Below are positions 29,118-38,716 of a stretch of DNA of 64,000 nucleotides, one piece after another. The stretch comes from Candidatus Bathyarchaeota archaeon (lineage in GTDB: Archaea; Thermoproteota; Bathyarchaeia; Bathyarchaeales; Bathycorpusculaceae), in the NCBI GenBank assembly GCA_963707955.1, contig OY970176.1:896001-960000 (forward strand), read 5' to 3'. The position numbers were made by a program, and so were the translations under genes. The notes under the pieces are model-generated. The model ran no database searches. It was given only the letters and a program-made list of their open reading frames with translations, and was not told where the DNA came from. How positions within the stretch are numbered: the first letter of the stretch is position 1; every line of letters starts with the position of its first letter.

Positions 29118-29885
29118 GTGCGTATGCATATGGAATTCTTCAACTCCTATCAGGATGCCAGACGCGCAGAAACCTACGCGAAGCTCGAGTTTCCAGTCAC
29201 GTACTATTTGGCCTACAGGGATCTGCCTGAGATCATACGCGAACATGCCAAAGGGAGAAGAGCACTTGATTTTGGATGCGGAGCTGGACGTTCCACGCGT
29301 TTTCTGCGGAGGCTTGGACTCAACGTTGTCAGCGTTGACATTTCAGAGGACATGCTAAAGAAGGCAAGAGAACTGGACCCCAAGGGCGATTATCGTCTAA
29401 TCGAAGAGGACAACCTAGGCCAGTTTGAGGACAATGCCTACGACCTTGTGCTATCCGCTTTCACGTTCGACAACATTCCCACAATGGAAAAAAAGCTGAG
29501 GAATTTCAAAGAGCTTAGACGTCTGCTGAAGACTGAAGGAACCCTAGTTAACCTGGTCTCGTCACCAGAGATCTACACGCACGAGTGGGCGTCTTTTTCC
29601 ACGAAAGACTTTCCAGAAAACAAACACGCGAAGAGCGGAGACAAAGTGAGAATAATCCAAACAGACCTGAACGATAAGAGGCCGGTGCAGGATGTTGTCT
29701 GGACGGACGAGTCTTACCGAGAGACCTACATGAGGGCCAGGCTTGGATTGGTCAAGACCTACAAGCCATTGGCAAAAGAGAGTGAGCCGTACGAGTGGGT
29801 CAACGAAACGAGGATTGCGCCATGGGTCATCTATGTGCTGAGAAAACTTGGTGGACGCTCTGGCCGAAGCGGGCGCTCTTCTTAG
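29118..29885 (+). CDS. Class I SAM-dependent methyltransferase
   Basis: ALDFGCGAG, VDISEDML, YDLVLS. Confidence 0.88.
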   Translation: MRMHMEFFNSYQDARRAETYAKLEFPVTYYLAYRDLPEIIREHAKGRRALDFGCGAGRSTRFLRRLGLNVVSVDISEDMLKKARELDPKGDYRLIEEDNLGQFEDNAYDLVLSAFTFDNIPTMEKKLRNFKELRRLLKTEGTLVNLVSSPEIYTHEWASFSTKDFPENKHAKSGDKVRIIQTDLNDKRPVQDVVWTDESYRETYMRARLGLVKTYKPLAKESEPYEWVNETRIAPWVIYVLRKLGGRSGRSGRSS

Positions 29886-29945
29886 GGAAGGCTAATAACA
29901 TTGAAAGAAACTCACAACGCTGACTGACAGAAGGGGCAACGAGTC

Positions 29946-30518
29946 ATGGTCGTGGATTTAAATTTTCGTCCGCTCACTTCTGAAACGTGGCAGGATCTTC
30001 AGACGCTTTTTGAAGAGGATAGAGTGTGTCGCGCTTGTTGGTGCATGTGGTGGAGGATTTCAGCATCAGATTGGATGAGGCAGAGGGGCAAAGATAATAG
30101 AGAAGCCATGGAAGCAATAGTGAAATCTGGAAAAGTTGCCGGCATACTGGCTTATTCTGATGACAAACCGATCGGCTGGTGCTCGATATCGCCTAGAGAG
30201 GAATATTGCAGGTTGGAAAGATCCAGAACTCTCAGAAGAATTGATGACAAACTAGTGTGGTCCGTTGTATGTTTCTTCGTTGGTAAACCTTTCAGGGGAC
30301 ACGGTGTTGCAACCAGATTGCTCGAGGCCGCTGTTGCATATGCTGGAAAGCAAGGAGCCAAGATTGTAGAAGGCTATCCAAGCAGGTCAAACGAGAAGCA
30401 ATCAGACCGGTTCGTTTACACTGGCCTTATGTCTTCGTTCGAGAAAGTCGGGTTTCTTGAAGTTCAGAACAGTTCCAAGAGCAAGGCAATCATGCGGTAC
30501 GTGTTTGAAGGCAAGTAG
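29946..30518 (+). CDS. GNAT acetyltransferase
   Basis: CWCMWWR, PIGWC, CFFV..FRGHGVATRLL, VEGYP. Confidence 0.88.
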   Translation: MVVDLNFRPLTSETWQDLQTLFEEDRVCRACWCMWWRISASDWMRQRGKDNREAMEAIVKSGKVAGILAYSDDKPIGWCSISPREEYCRLERSRTLRRIDDKLVWSVVCFFVGKPFRGHGVATRLLEAAVAYAGKQGAKIVEGYPSRSNEKQSDRFVYTGLMSSFEKVGFLEVQNSSKSKAIMRYVFEGK

Positions 30519-30673
30519 CGACAACGTCTGATCGATGTTAGTAGAAAAGGAGATTTTTGAGAGAGGCATCTCCGTGAGCTATACGATGCGATCAACCCAT
30601 TGGCTTTTTGAAACGATGCCGTTTTCGCTCCCTTTTTGGCTTGTGGTCCACTGGGCTCAAGCACGCTCTGGTT

Positions 30674-31602
30674 TCAAGTTAGGCATAGTATGGCAACGCC
30701 GATGATTGCAACGACTGCCCCTAGAATGCCGCGCCAGTTAGTCTTTTCTCTGTAGATTATCCACACCACTGGAATGATGAGAACTGGCATCAAGGACATC
30801 AATGTCTGCGCAATGCCTGCCGCAATGTAGGCTACAGCCACCATTGAGAGCGTCATGCCCAAGAACGGACCTACCACTGCACCGGCCGCAGTATACTTGA
30901 TTCCCTCTTTGTCCTTCACGGCCCGGTGCAGGTCCGGCAGTTTTCCCGCGAAAAGAGCACAAGTCCACACGAAAACACCTGCCAGCATCATCCGTATCAG
31001 TGCGACAGACACCGGATTCACCGCCACGCTCACGCCGAGGTACATTCCCTTTTTTGAGAGGGCAAGGCCGAACCCTTGACCCATGGCCGAAATCACGCCA
31101 AAAAGCACTCCCCAAGTCTTCCGGTTCTTTGCTGCAACTTCTCTTCCGCCTTCTCTTCCGAAGTCTCCTCCTGCTCCAACAAGACAACGGCGATCCCTGT
31201 CAACGTGACAGCTATTCCAAATATCGCCAATGGTGAGATCGTCTCTCCAGACATCCAGTACGCGCCTAATGCCGCAAATATTGGAGCCGAGGACTGGATT
31301 AGAACCGAACGCCGCGGACCGATCATGACGTACGCTGCAAACAACCCGAAATCACCGATGCCGAGCCCAACGACGCCGCTCAAACCCAGCCATAACCATT
31401 GCCCGCTGCTCGCAAGAGGCAGCAGAGTACCCAACAAAACGACATGAGCACAAGCAAGAAGCCCAATGGCCATTATCGTGCGATACGCGTTGACGCTGAA
31501 CGAACCAAACCTTCTGCCAGCCGACGTGAAAAAGATGCAGCTGAACGTCCATAAGCACGATGTGAGAATCGCAGCTGACTCTCCCAAGACACTTGAGTCC
31601 AA
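30674..31602 (-). CDS. EamA/DMT transporter; frameshift near 31135
   Basis: Two EamA halves in ORFs 31093-31713 and 30674-31108. Adding one base gives ...AKNRKTWGVLFGVIS. Likely TTG start at 31602. Confidence 0.8.
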
Positions 31603-32033
31603 AGGCCTCACTGTTAGATTAGGGCAAAACGACCCGGATAACCTTAAACCTTTCCCACAGTCCGCGCCGTTTAGGTTTAGAACAGCAGTTAGCCACGCGA
31701 GACGAGAAGACATGGATGAACTGGTTCAAGAAACAGAGCATGGCCTCTAAGACGTTCAGAAGGGATCTGCGTGCTTGGATACTGTGAAGATTATGATCAG
31801 GTTAAAGGATAATGCGCATTCTTCATGCGGATGGCCCGAAAACTTCACGAACTTCTCAGAAGGGCTTATGTGGTGCGCGCGTGGAAGCGTATACGTTTTG
31901 CATATACGGAGTAGCGCGCTGAATCATTTACTAATATTCCTGTCTGCTGATGATCTATTTTCTGCAGGAACCTCTGATTCTGATTCTGAATTCATATCTT
32001 TTAAATGAAACCTGAGCTGAGTTTAAGAGTGCA

Positions 32034-32564
32034 TTGGAAAAGAGCATGGTAGTCGTGACTTCGTTCGTACTGCAACCCGAGTTCTTTGCACTCTTAGGAA
32101 TCGACCTTTTTCTACTGCTGAGTCTGGTGAGCTGCCTATTGGATGAAAAGTTTCCGAAGGCGATACCGTACATCTATCAAATCGCCGCTATCTACGGGTT
32201 TGGACATCTACTGATAAGCCGGAATTTCCTAGACATGTTCGGAGAGTACACGCGGTTCTGGTATTCATTTCTGTACCTCGTCATTGCTCTAGCCAACATA
32301 GTTGCCGTGAACATCTACTTCGCCGTGCTGAAAAGACAAAACACTATCGCGACGATATGGTCAGGCACAATCACCTTCCCATCGATCCTTGTGGCCGTAT
32401 ACTTTGTGATGCAGTACAGTTCGATGCAAAACTCCATGCCTTCAATAATGCTGCAGATAAGCCTGCTGATTTCTGCGTGCGCGATAGGGCTAAGCCTCGT
32501 CATTCTGGCACGACCGGAAATCATCAGTAAACTGCTACGCAAAAAGAAGGAGGTGATTCGATGA
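32034..32564 (+). CDS. Multi-pass membrane protein
   Basis: About five hydrophobic helices; ATGA overlap with the next gene. Confidence 0.75.
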   Translation: MEKSMVVVTSFVLQPEFFALLGIDLFLLLSLVSCLLDEKFPKAIPYIYQIAAIYGFGHLLISRNFLDMFGEYTRFWYSFLYLVIALANIVAVNIYFAVLKRQNTIATIWSGTITFPSILVAVYFVMQYSSMQNSMPSIMLQISLLISACAIGLSLVILARPEIISKLLRKKKEVIR

Positions 32565-33130
32565 ATTTGAGAAACAATCGTTTTGCCAAGAAATCGGTGA
32601 AACTACTGATACTATTCCTATTATCAATGCTTATCGCATCGGCGAGCGCAGCGGTCTACTATTCAATGTTAATGCAACCAAGCGTGACAATAACTGGCGC
32701 GACAGTAGTGTTTGTTGCTGGAGGTGACTTTCCCGCTGGATCGACCATGGGAAGCAACGCAACTTGGGTCAGCCTAGCCCTCAAAGCATATCCTAACGCG
32801 ACGTTGACATATGACGAGCCACTCAACATCAGCAATACCGATACTTCCCCCCACAATTTCAGACTACGCAGCGTTTCGATTTCACCCACTAATGGAACCT
32901 CTTCAAATGGTAACTTCACATCCATCAACTTCATTGTCGAAAACCCATCTGGAGTCGCACAAGCTTACTTCTACTACAACACCACAGGCAACAATTGGAA
33001 CACTCCACCCACAACGTCATACATGACATTGCCAGCAAACACCATGTGGATACTCTACGTTCAGACACAGGCAGCCGCTGGTGCAAACGCCGCCACAGCA
33101 AACCTAGTGATATCGGTAGACGTGCAGTAG
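32561..33130 (+). CDS. Secreted N/S/T-rich surface protein
   Basis: Signal peptide KKSVKLLILFLLSMLIASASA; beta-rich mature region with NxS/T sequons. Confidence 0.75.
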   Translation: MNLRNNRFAKKSVKLLILFLLSMLIASASAAVYYSMLMQPSVTITGATVVFVAGGDFPAGSTMGSNATWVSLALKAYPNATLTYDEPLNISNTDTSPHNFRLRSVSISPTNGTSSNGNFTSINFIVENPSGVAQAYFYYNTTGNNWNTPPTTSYMTLPANTMWILYVQTQAAAGANAATANLVISVDVQ

Positions 33131-33134
33131 TTCA

Positions 33135-33155
33135 CCTCCCCCCTTTTTCCTTTTG
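33135..33155 (+). terminator. Pyrimidine/T-rich archaeal terminator-like tract
   Basis: cctccccccttttttcctttt directly after the stop at 33130. Confidence 0.4.
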
Positions 33156-33175
33156 TCTAACAAGGAAGATCCAAC

Positions 33176-34741
33176 ATGGAAACGCATCGCATACGGAAGC
33201 GTCACTCATTTGTCGTTTGCATAGTGCTAACTCTGTTTCTCATCATAGGTCTTTTTGCCTCAGATGCTTTTGCTGCAACCCACTACCCACTTCTAAATCA
33301 GCCCAGTACGACAATTGCTGCGCCTTCTGTTCTTCTACAGGCTGGTACAGCTGGCGCCAGCACCATCTACACGAACAGCACGAGCGCTTTAGTCCAAGTT
33401 TCGGCAGCAGCCACTCAGAACTGGCTTGCCGGCTGGAGTTACAGGCAGCAGCACAACATAACGAGTGCAAACGGTGCCGACGTGGGTTATCAGTTCAATA
33501 TCACAATTTCCAATGCGACGGGGACAAGCAAGGGAAACGTTTGCTATGCTAATGGACACGTTCGGAACAGCGATTTTTCAGACGTCAGAGTTACTGCTAG
33601 TGACGGAATCACTCTGCTCAGCATCTGGAACGAAACGGTAAACTCTGGAACTAACGCAACCATCTGGTTCAAGGACACTGACAACCTCACAAGCACCAAC
33701 AGCACCGTATATGTGTACTACGGCAATGCTGGTGCCCCATACGTAGGGAATGGAACAAACACTTTCTTGTTCTTCGATGATTTATCCTCTGGAACCTTGG
33801 GAAAATACAACATTCAACAAACAGGCACGGGTGGGTCATTAAGCGTTGATACAACTCGCGGCAACCCAGCACCTTCAATTAAAGGTTCAGTATCAGGCGG
33901 TACTGCCGCGTCAAGCACCTGGACAATAGCTGGAAACTCGAGTTCTTTCATGCCAAACAACTATAGGGTGGACATGGATGTCAACCTGACAGGGGTATCT
34001 GCACTTGTAGACTTGTTAACGAATTTTCAAGCATCCAACGGACCATTTTATGTTTTTAGGTTTGACAACAGGTCAACGTATTACGACCTGATTGGGGCTT
34101 ATCCTTCTGGTAATACAACTACTACAGTACTGAATCAAACCAGCATAAGTTCATCAACTGGAACATGGCTTCACATGAGCGCAATAAGAACTGGAGCCAA
34201 TTTGTCCTTGTATAAAGGAGGGAGTTTGCAAGGTTTAGGTACACTCGAAGCGACTTATACGACAAATCAAACATATCAATACAGTGGCGGAGGAATTGCC
34301 GTAACGACTGATGGCGCAACATCCACTGACTGGTTTGATAATATAATAGTACGCAGTTATGTGAGCCCGGAGCCAGCGCAGGGAGCGTGGGGAACAGAGC
34401 AATCTGCCGATGTGCTTAGTGTTGTCAATCAAGCAACAGCCAGTTGGAATGTGAGCTTACAAGTCTACGGGAGCTCAAACATTGCTCGTTTGTCAAGCGC
34501 ATTCATAGGTTTCAACGACGGCACCTCGAGCACCCAGATAGTGGTTAATAGCGGGAGTGTAACTCAGTCACAAGGAGCATTATGCAACCTGCCAGGAGGC
34601 TCAGGATCCACCATATTCATAAGTATGAGCAACCTCGTAGCAAACGTGACTGGAACGTCATATCTGTATGTTTACTTGGAAATCCTTACGCCAAACACGT
34701 CCACATTCTTACTTTACACAATAACTTTTGCAATCACTTGA
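33176..34741 (+). CDS. Secreted surface glycoprotein with a DUF2341-like domain
   Basis: Signal peptide; WLAGWSYRQQHNIT, DFSDVRVT..DG.TLL..W.E, IWFK, VYVYYGN, FLFFDD; many sequons. Confidence 0.8.
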   Translation: METHRIRKRHSFVVCIVLTLFLIIGLFASDAFAATHYPLLNQPSTTIAAPSVLLQAGTAGASTIYTNSTSALVQVSAAATQNWLAGWSYRQQHNITSANGADVGYQFNITISNATGTSKGNVCYANGHVRNSDFSDVRVTASDGITLLSIWNETVNSGTNATIWFKDTDNLTSTNSTVYVYYGNAGAPYVGNGTNTFLFFDDLSSGTLGKYNIQQTGTGGSLSVDTTRGNPAPSIKGSVSGGTAASSTWTIAGNSSSFMPNNYRVDMDVNLTGVSALVDLLTNFQASNGPFYVFRFDNRSTYYDLIGAYPSGNTTTTVLNQTSISSSTGTWLHMSAIRTGANLSLYKGGSLQGLGTLEATYTTNQTYQYSGGGIAVTTDGATSTDWFDNIIVRSYVSPEPAQGAWGTEQSADVLSVVNQATASWNVSLQVYGSSNIARLSSAFIGFNDGTSSTQIVVNSGSVTQSQGALCNLPGGSGSTIFISMSNLVANVTGTSYLYVYLEILTPNTSTFLLYTITFAIT

Positions 34742-34938
34742 GCGTACGCTCCTGAAAGAAAGAGGCGTCACACCTATCTTGAATGGTCAGAGGCTGATGA
34801 TCAAGGGATAGGTTTCTCGCCTGCTTTAGCGCGCGCGATAGAGAAAGTTCGCGAAATCAGAAACGAAATAGAAAAGAATCCAAGAGTTACTGGACCCTGT
34901 TAGAAGCCGATGTGTGAGTGTCTCAGATAGGCGCTGCG

Positions 34939-35700
34939 CTATTGCACGCTCCTGCAGCACGCCGGGTTGTCATAGTAGTCTCTGGCGACTCGAATCATGT
35001 TGTGGTCCTGCGTCAGCATGGCTGTTTCGTCCATCCAGTCTGACAGCGTCAAGAGAGTGTTCAAATCAGAGATGAGCATTCCAACCGAGCAACAGAGTAA
35101 GCGTACATCGCCAAGGTTTGAAGAGTCTTCTTTCTCGAAAACTTCTTGCGTTACGGCGATGTTCAGTTTGACTCTCCGCTTTTCCTCTGCCTCTTTTAAC
35201 GACTCCTTGAGCTCTCTGAGAACTGCCGGAACTGAAATGAAAATCGTTATTTCTTTTCGGGCTGCTTCAATCAGGGCTTTCATCCTGTTAATGATGTTCT
35301 TTTGCCCGCGAATGATGTAAGCCACTTCCAGTTCCTCCGACTTGTCGGCGCTTTCATATATCGGTGTCAAAACGTCAACCAAAACATCTGCTTCCATCAT
35401 TTTTTCGTTGAACGCTTCGCTTATTTGCTGTTTCAGACTGGCGACGGCTTCCTTTGGCGGCACTGGATGATAGACGTTTGGGTTGCCCCTCTGCACCACG
35501 AGCATGCCCTTCTTGGACAGCCCATCTAAGGCATGGTAGATTTTTGAGTCAGGGATGCCTGTTTCCTTGCACAGCGCGCCCGCGGTCATGTTGGAATGCG
35601 TCAAGAGCGTAACGTAGGCCATCGCTTCCTGGGTCGGCAACTCGAGCTCTTTAAGCCGTGAAACCATTCTTTCTCGAACGACCGTTTCTGTTATGTTCAC
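34939..35700 (-). CDS. TrmB-family transcriptional regulator with vicinal Cys pairs
   Basis: EAMAYVTLL..TAGALCKETGIPDSKIYHALDGLSKKG..P..Y.PVPP; C-terminal LLCCS and ACCR. Confidence 0.88.
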   Translation of the reverse strand: MNITETVVRERMVSRLKELELPTQEAMAYVTLLTHSNMTAGALCKETGIPDSKIYHALDGLSKKGMLVVQRGNPNVYHPVPPKEAVASLKQQISEAFNEKMMEADVLVDVLTPIYESADKSEELEVAYIIRGQKNIINRMKALIEAARKEITIFISVPAVLRELKESLKEAEEKRRVKLNIAVTQEVFEKEDSSNLGDVRLLCCSVGMLISDLNTLLTLSDWMDETAMLTQDHNMIRVARDYYDNPACCRSVQ

Positions 35701-35742
35701 GAGGGGTCCCCCTTTTTCTAATGAGCGGTTGTCAGAGAACCC

Positions 35743-35778
35743 TTAAATAGTTTACTACTACCCAAAAGTAGTAGTAAA
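35743..35778 (+). promoter_or_regulatory. TATA box plus a perfect 11-bp inverted-repeat operator
   Basis: TTAAATA (35743-35749), then TTTACTACTAC-CCAAAA-GTAGTAGTAAA (35751-35778), between the divergent TrmB and AhpD genes. Confidence 0.75.
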
Positions 35779-35794
35779 AACGGGGCAACCTGAC

Positions 35795-36091
35795 TTGGAA
35801 GACAAAATCAAGTTGTTGATAGCCGTCGGGGCTTCCGTCACGGCGAATTGCCAGCCATGTCTCAAGACCGCCGTCACTCAGGCTCAGTCAGTAGGAGTAG
35901 ATAAGAAGGAAATCATCGAAGCAATCGCGATAGGAAGAGTTGTCAGAAGGGGAGCGTTTGGTAAAATGGACAAATTCGCTTCCAGTGTTACCGGAAAGCC
36001 TGTGGAAAAGTCGGACGATTGTCCGTTTGGCTCGACGGAAGAGGATGTCAAAGAATGGGTGGAGGAGGACGATCAGTGTGGTTGCAAGTGA
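35795..36091 (+). CDS. Carboxymuconolactone decarboxylase/AhpD-like CxxC protein
   Basis: LIAVGASVTANCQPCL...A...GV.K.EI.EAI; C-terminal CGC. Confidence 0.82.
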   Translation: MEDKIKLLIAVGASVTANCQPCLKTAVTQAQSVGVDKKEIIEAIAIGRVVRRGAFGKMDKFASSVTGKPVEKSDDCPFGSTEEDVKEWVEEDDQCGCK

Positions 36092-36167
36092 AAGATTGGA
36101 CCTTTGAGGACAAGGCCCAAGACTTGCTAAGTAGCGCGTGCAAGCCATCATGTGGGAGGTGATCTTC

Positions 36168-37013
36168 ATGGAAGAAGAAAAAGTGAAGAAGATAGTTCGA
36201 GAAGGCTACGCAAAGATCGCCAAGAAAGACAAGTCCTGCAGCGGCACATCAACTTCCTGTTGTTCCAACGGCTCCGACATGAGCAAGGAGATCACCAGAA
36301 GAATAGGCTACACTGAAGAAGAAATAGCCTCAGTTCCAGAAGGCGCAAACCTTGGCCTAGGATGCGGAAATCCTGTCGCGCTAGCTTCTCTGAAGAAAGG
36401 ACAAACTGTACTGGACCTCGGCTCAGGCGGAGGGTTTGACTGTTTTCTAGCAGCAAACAGAGTTGGAAAAGACGGCAAGGTCATTGGCGTGGACATGACA
36501 CCTGAAATGATTGACAATGCCAGAGAGAATGCGCGGAAAGGCAAGTACGAAAACGTTGAGTTCAGACTTGGAGAAATCGAAAATCTGCCTGTGGCAGACG
36601 GCACAGTTGACGTTGTTATCTCAAACTGCGTGATCAACCTGTCGCCGAACAAGAGGCGCGTGTTTGAAGAGGCCTTCAGAGTTCTAAAACCTAACGGAAA
36701 ACTGATGGTCTCCGACATCGTGCTTCTGAAGCAGCTCCCAGAAATCATAAGAAAAAACGTTCAAGCATACATCGGATGCCTCTCAGGCGCCGAAATGAAG
36801 AACAAATACCTGCAAATGATAGGAGACGCTGGTTTTCAAGAAGTCAAAGTCATCGAAGAGAATTACTTCCAAGTCGAAAACATGGCCAACGATCCGACCG
36901 CGCAATCAATAGTCAAGAAATCGGAGATATCCCCTGACAGAATCAAGAAAATCGCCAAAGCCGTGGCAAGCGTAAGAGTCTCCGGGGTCAAACCCACTAG
37001 TAGCGCGCGCTGA
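36168..37013 (+). CDS. arsM: Arsenite S-adenosylmethionine methyltransferase
   Basis: N-terminal SCC, GANLGLGCGNP, VLDLGSGGGFDCF, GVDMTPEM, ISNCVINLSP, GCLSGA. GGAGGTGA precedes the ATG at 36168. Confidence 0.92.
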   Translation: MEEEKVKKIVREGYAKIAKKDKSCSGTSTSCCSNGSDMSKEITRRIGYTEEEIASVPEGANLGLGCGNPVALASLKKGQTVLDLGSGGGFDCFLAANRVGKDGKVIGVDMTPEMIDNARENARKGKYENVEFRLGEIENLPVADGTVDVVISNCVINLSPNKRRVFEEAFRVLKPNGKLMVSDIVLLKQLPEIIRKNVQAYIGCLSGAEMKNKYLQMIGDAGFQEVKVIEENYFQVENMANDPTAQSIVKKSEISPDRIKKIAKAVASVRVSGVKPTSSAR

Positions 37014-37226
37014 GAGCGCAGGCGTGCTAACTTGGGCGTTCGTGTTGTTCGTGGAGAATGTTTCGCTTCCTTGCGTTCCAGGCTGCAAGATTACGTTGAT
37101 TGGCGATACGACAGAAAAGGACGTTTGGGAAGAGTTCCTGTTCTGTATGCTGCCATTCACGCGCGTGACCACAGTGACAAACAGGGTAATCGCCAAGACT
37201 GTGGCAAAGCAATATCCTCCTTTCAC
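37011..37226 (-). pseudogene. Truncated paralogue of the N-terminus of surface protein 33176-34741
   Basis: Signal-like N-terminus, then VVSPINVILQPGTQGSETFSTNNTNAQVS versus IAAPSVLLQAGTAGASTIYTNSTSALVQVS. Similarity stops at the GCGCGCGC at 37003-37010. Confidence 0.55.
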
Positions 37227-37643
37227 AGCTTTTCACGCATGACACGCTGACCCATCAATAAGAAAGCAAGGCAGACTTAGCATTAGGAATACCTCAACGC
37301 ATAGAGGTACAACAGCTCTAGATGTAGCCGAGACAGAGATGGTACATCCTGCCATATCGCCCACAAGCGCACTCTTCGTGTAAAAAGCGAGGTCTTCGTC
37401 AAATAAACCGTGTGAATTCAGAATATTGATTTGAGTTGGCCTCTGTCTGACTAGATCAAGCTATCTTCTCTCTTGGTCATGCCGCACGGTTCTTCTTTCT
37501 TCAGAATCTGCCGCGCTTTATTGTTTCAAGCGCGGATCCTACTCAACAGGAAAACCAAACAAAACAAACAGGAGACTGAGCCCTCTAGAAAACGACCATC
37601 CACTTGAATGGGAAACGTTTCAAAAAAAAGAGTGGAGGATAGT

Positions 37644-38223
37644 CTAGCTGGCGGGTTGTATGTTGAAGGGTAGCACCGCGTACGCCTGCGTGCCTGTCGC
37701 GTTGATTGCTTCGTATCCTAGCATCTCGTTGATGCTGAAGTTCGCGTTACTGAACACGTTGCTCTCCAACACGTAAACCGTCACGTTTTGCCCAGTATTC
37801 GCGAACGTGCCGTTGAACAATGCGGCTCTGCCCACGACTTCGTTGCTCAATGTCCAATCTTTGGGAAGCAAGACTCGGACCTGACCCATGCCAGTGTCCA
37901 AGATAAGCATACCTCTAAGCTCTGAGACCACGGTTCCCTGAACCGTTGAGAGCGTAGCGTTCTGCAAAAGCCCTTCAGTCAGATAAAGACCGTTCTCCCG
38001 CATTTGAGGCATGCGCGTCATTTGACCCCATGGTATCGTAAAGTTGTCCGGCAGAGTAATGTTGTGCGACTGGAAAAAGGTCTGCATGTTCTGAATGCCC
38101 ATCTGTTGCTCATTAGCATTAGTCTGTGGTGCCGTTCTGCGAGCATGCGTACACGAAGGCTACAGCGCCCAGTGCGATGAACAAAACCGCAGCTACAGCA
38201 GCTATCTTTAAACTTTTCCTCAT
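37644..38223 (-). CDS. Secreted protein (OB-fold-like C-terminus); frameshift near 38130
   Basis: ATG at 38223 gives signal peptide MRKSLKIAAVAAVLFIALGAVAFVYA. Removing one base joins it to ORF 37644-38102. Confidence 0.65.
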
Positions 38224-38530
38224 TCTTTCACATCACCAAGCGATCAGCAGACCGCAGGCTACGTATAAAGTGTTTTTCAGAATTAGACCCGATTCTATCA
38301 CTAATCTGACCATGCGCTCGGCACATCTGACCGTTAGAAATTGAAGGGACATGTTCATTACGCCAGTTCAAGCGGTTCAGCTCTGATCCGCCTCTAGAAG
38401 CTGGAAACAGCCAACAGTGCGCGCTGACCATAGAAACAGGTGATAGAGATTAGGAATTCATAAGTCATTTATTGGCGTTTGCTACCACGTGTCTTTAAAC
38501 CGATGATGCAACAATACGCGGAGATTCTGG

Positions 38531-38716
38531 TTGTCCAAAAAGGATTTCGACGAAATTCCACGCAGGGCGGTCAATGAGGGATTATCTGCTAGAGGAGAGT
38601 CCGTTGAGCAGTCGGTCCATTTTCACGCGGAAAGCTCCTTTGCAGAATGCATTATTGCTGCCGAAAGTTGCTTCCCGCAGAGAAACAGAATCAAGAACGA
38701 CGGCGGAGCTGGCTGA
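38531..38716 (+). pseudogene. Degenerate small protein resembling archaeal two-component-associated output domains
   Basis: FDEI..AVNEGLS..GESVEQSVHFH looks like the family N-terminus, then the similarity decays. Family assignment is from memory. Confidence 0.35.

Noticed and set aside
21300-31700. Integron cassette array (GNAT, methyltransferase, SnoaL, esterase; GTT/AAC words)
   Set aside because: Genes are in mixed orientations with their own promoters, no integrase is present, and I found no RYYYAAC...GTTRRRY attC hairpins.
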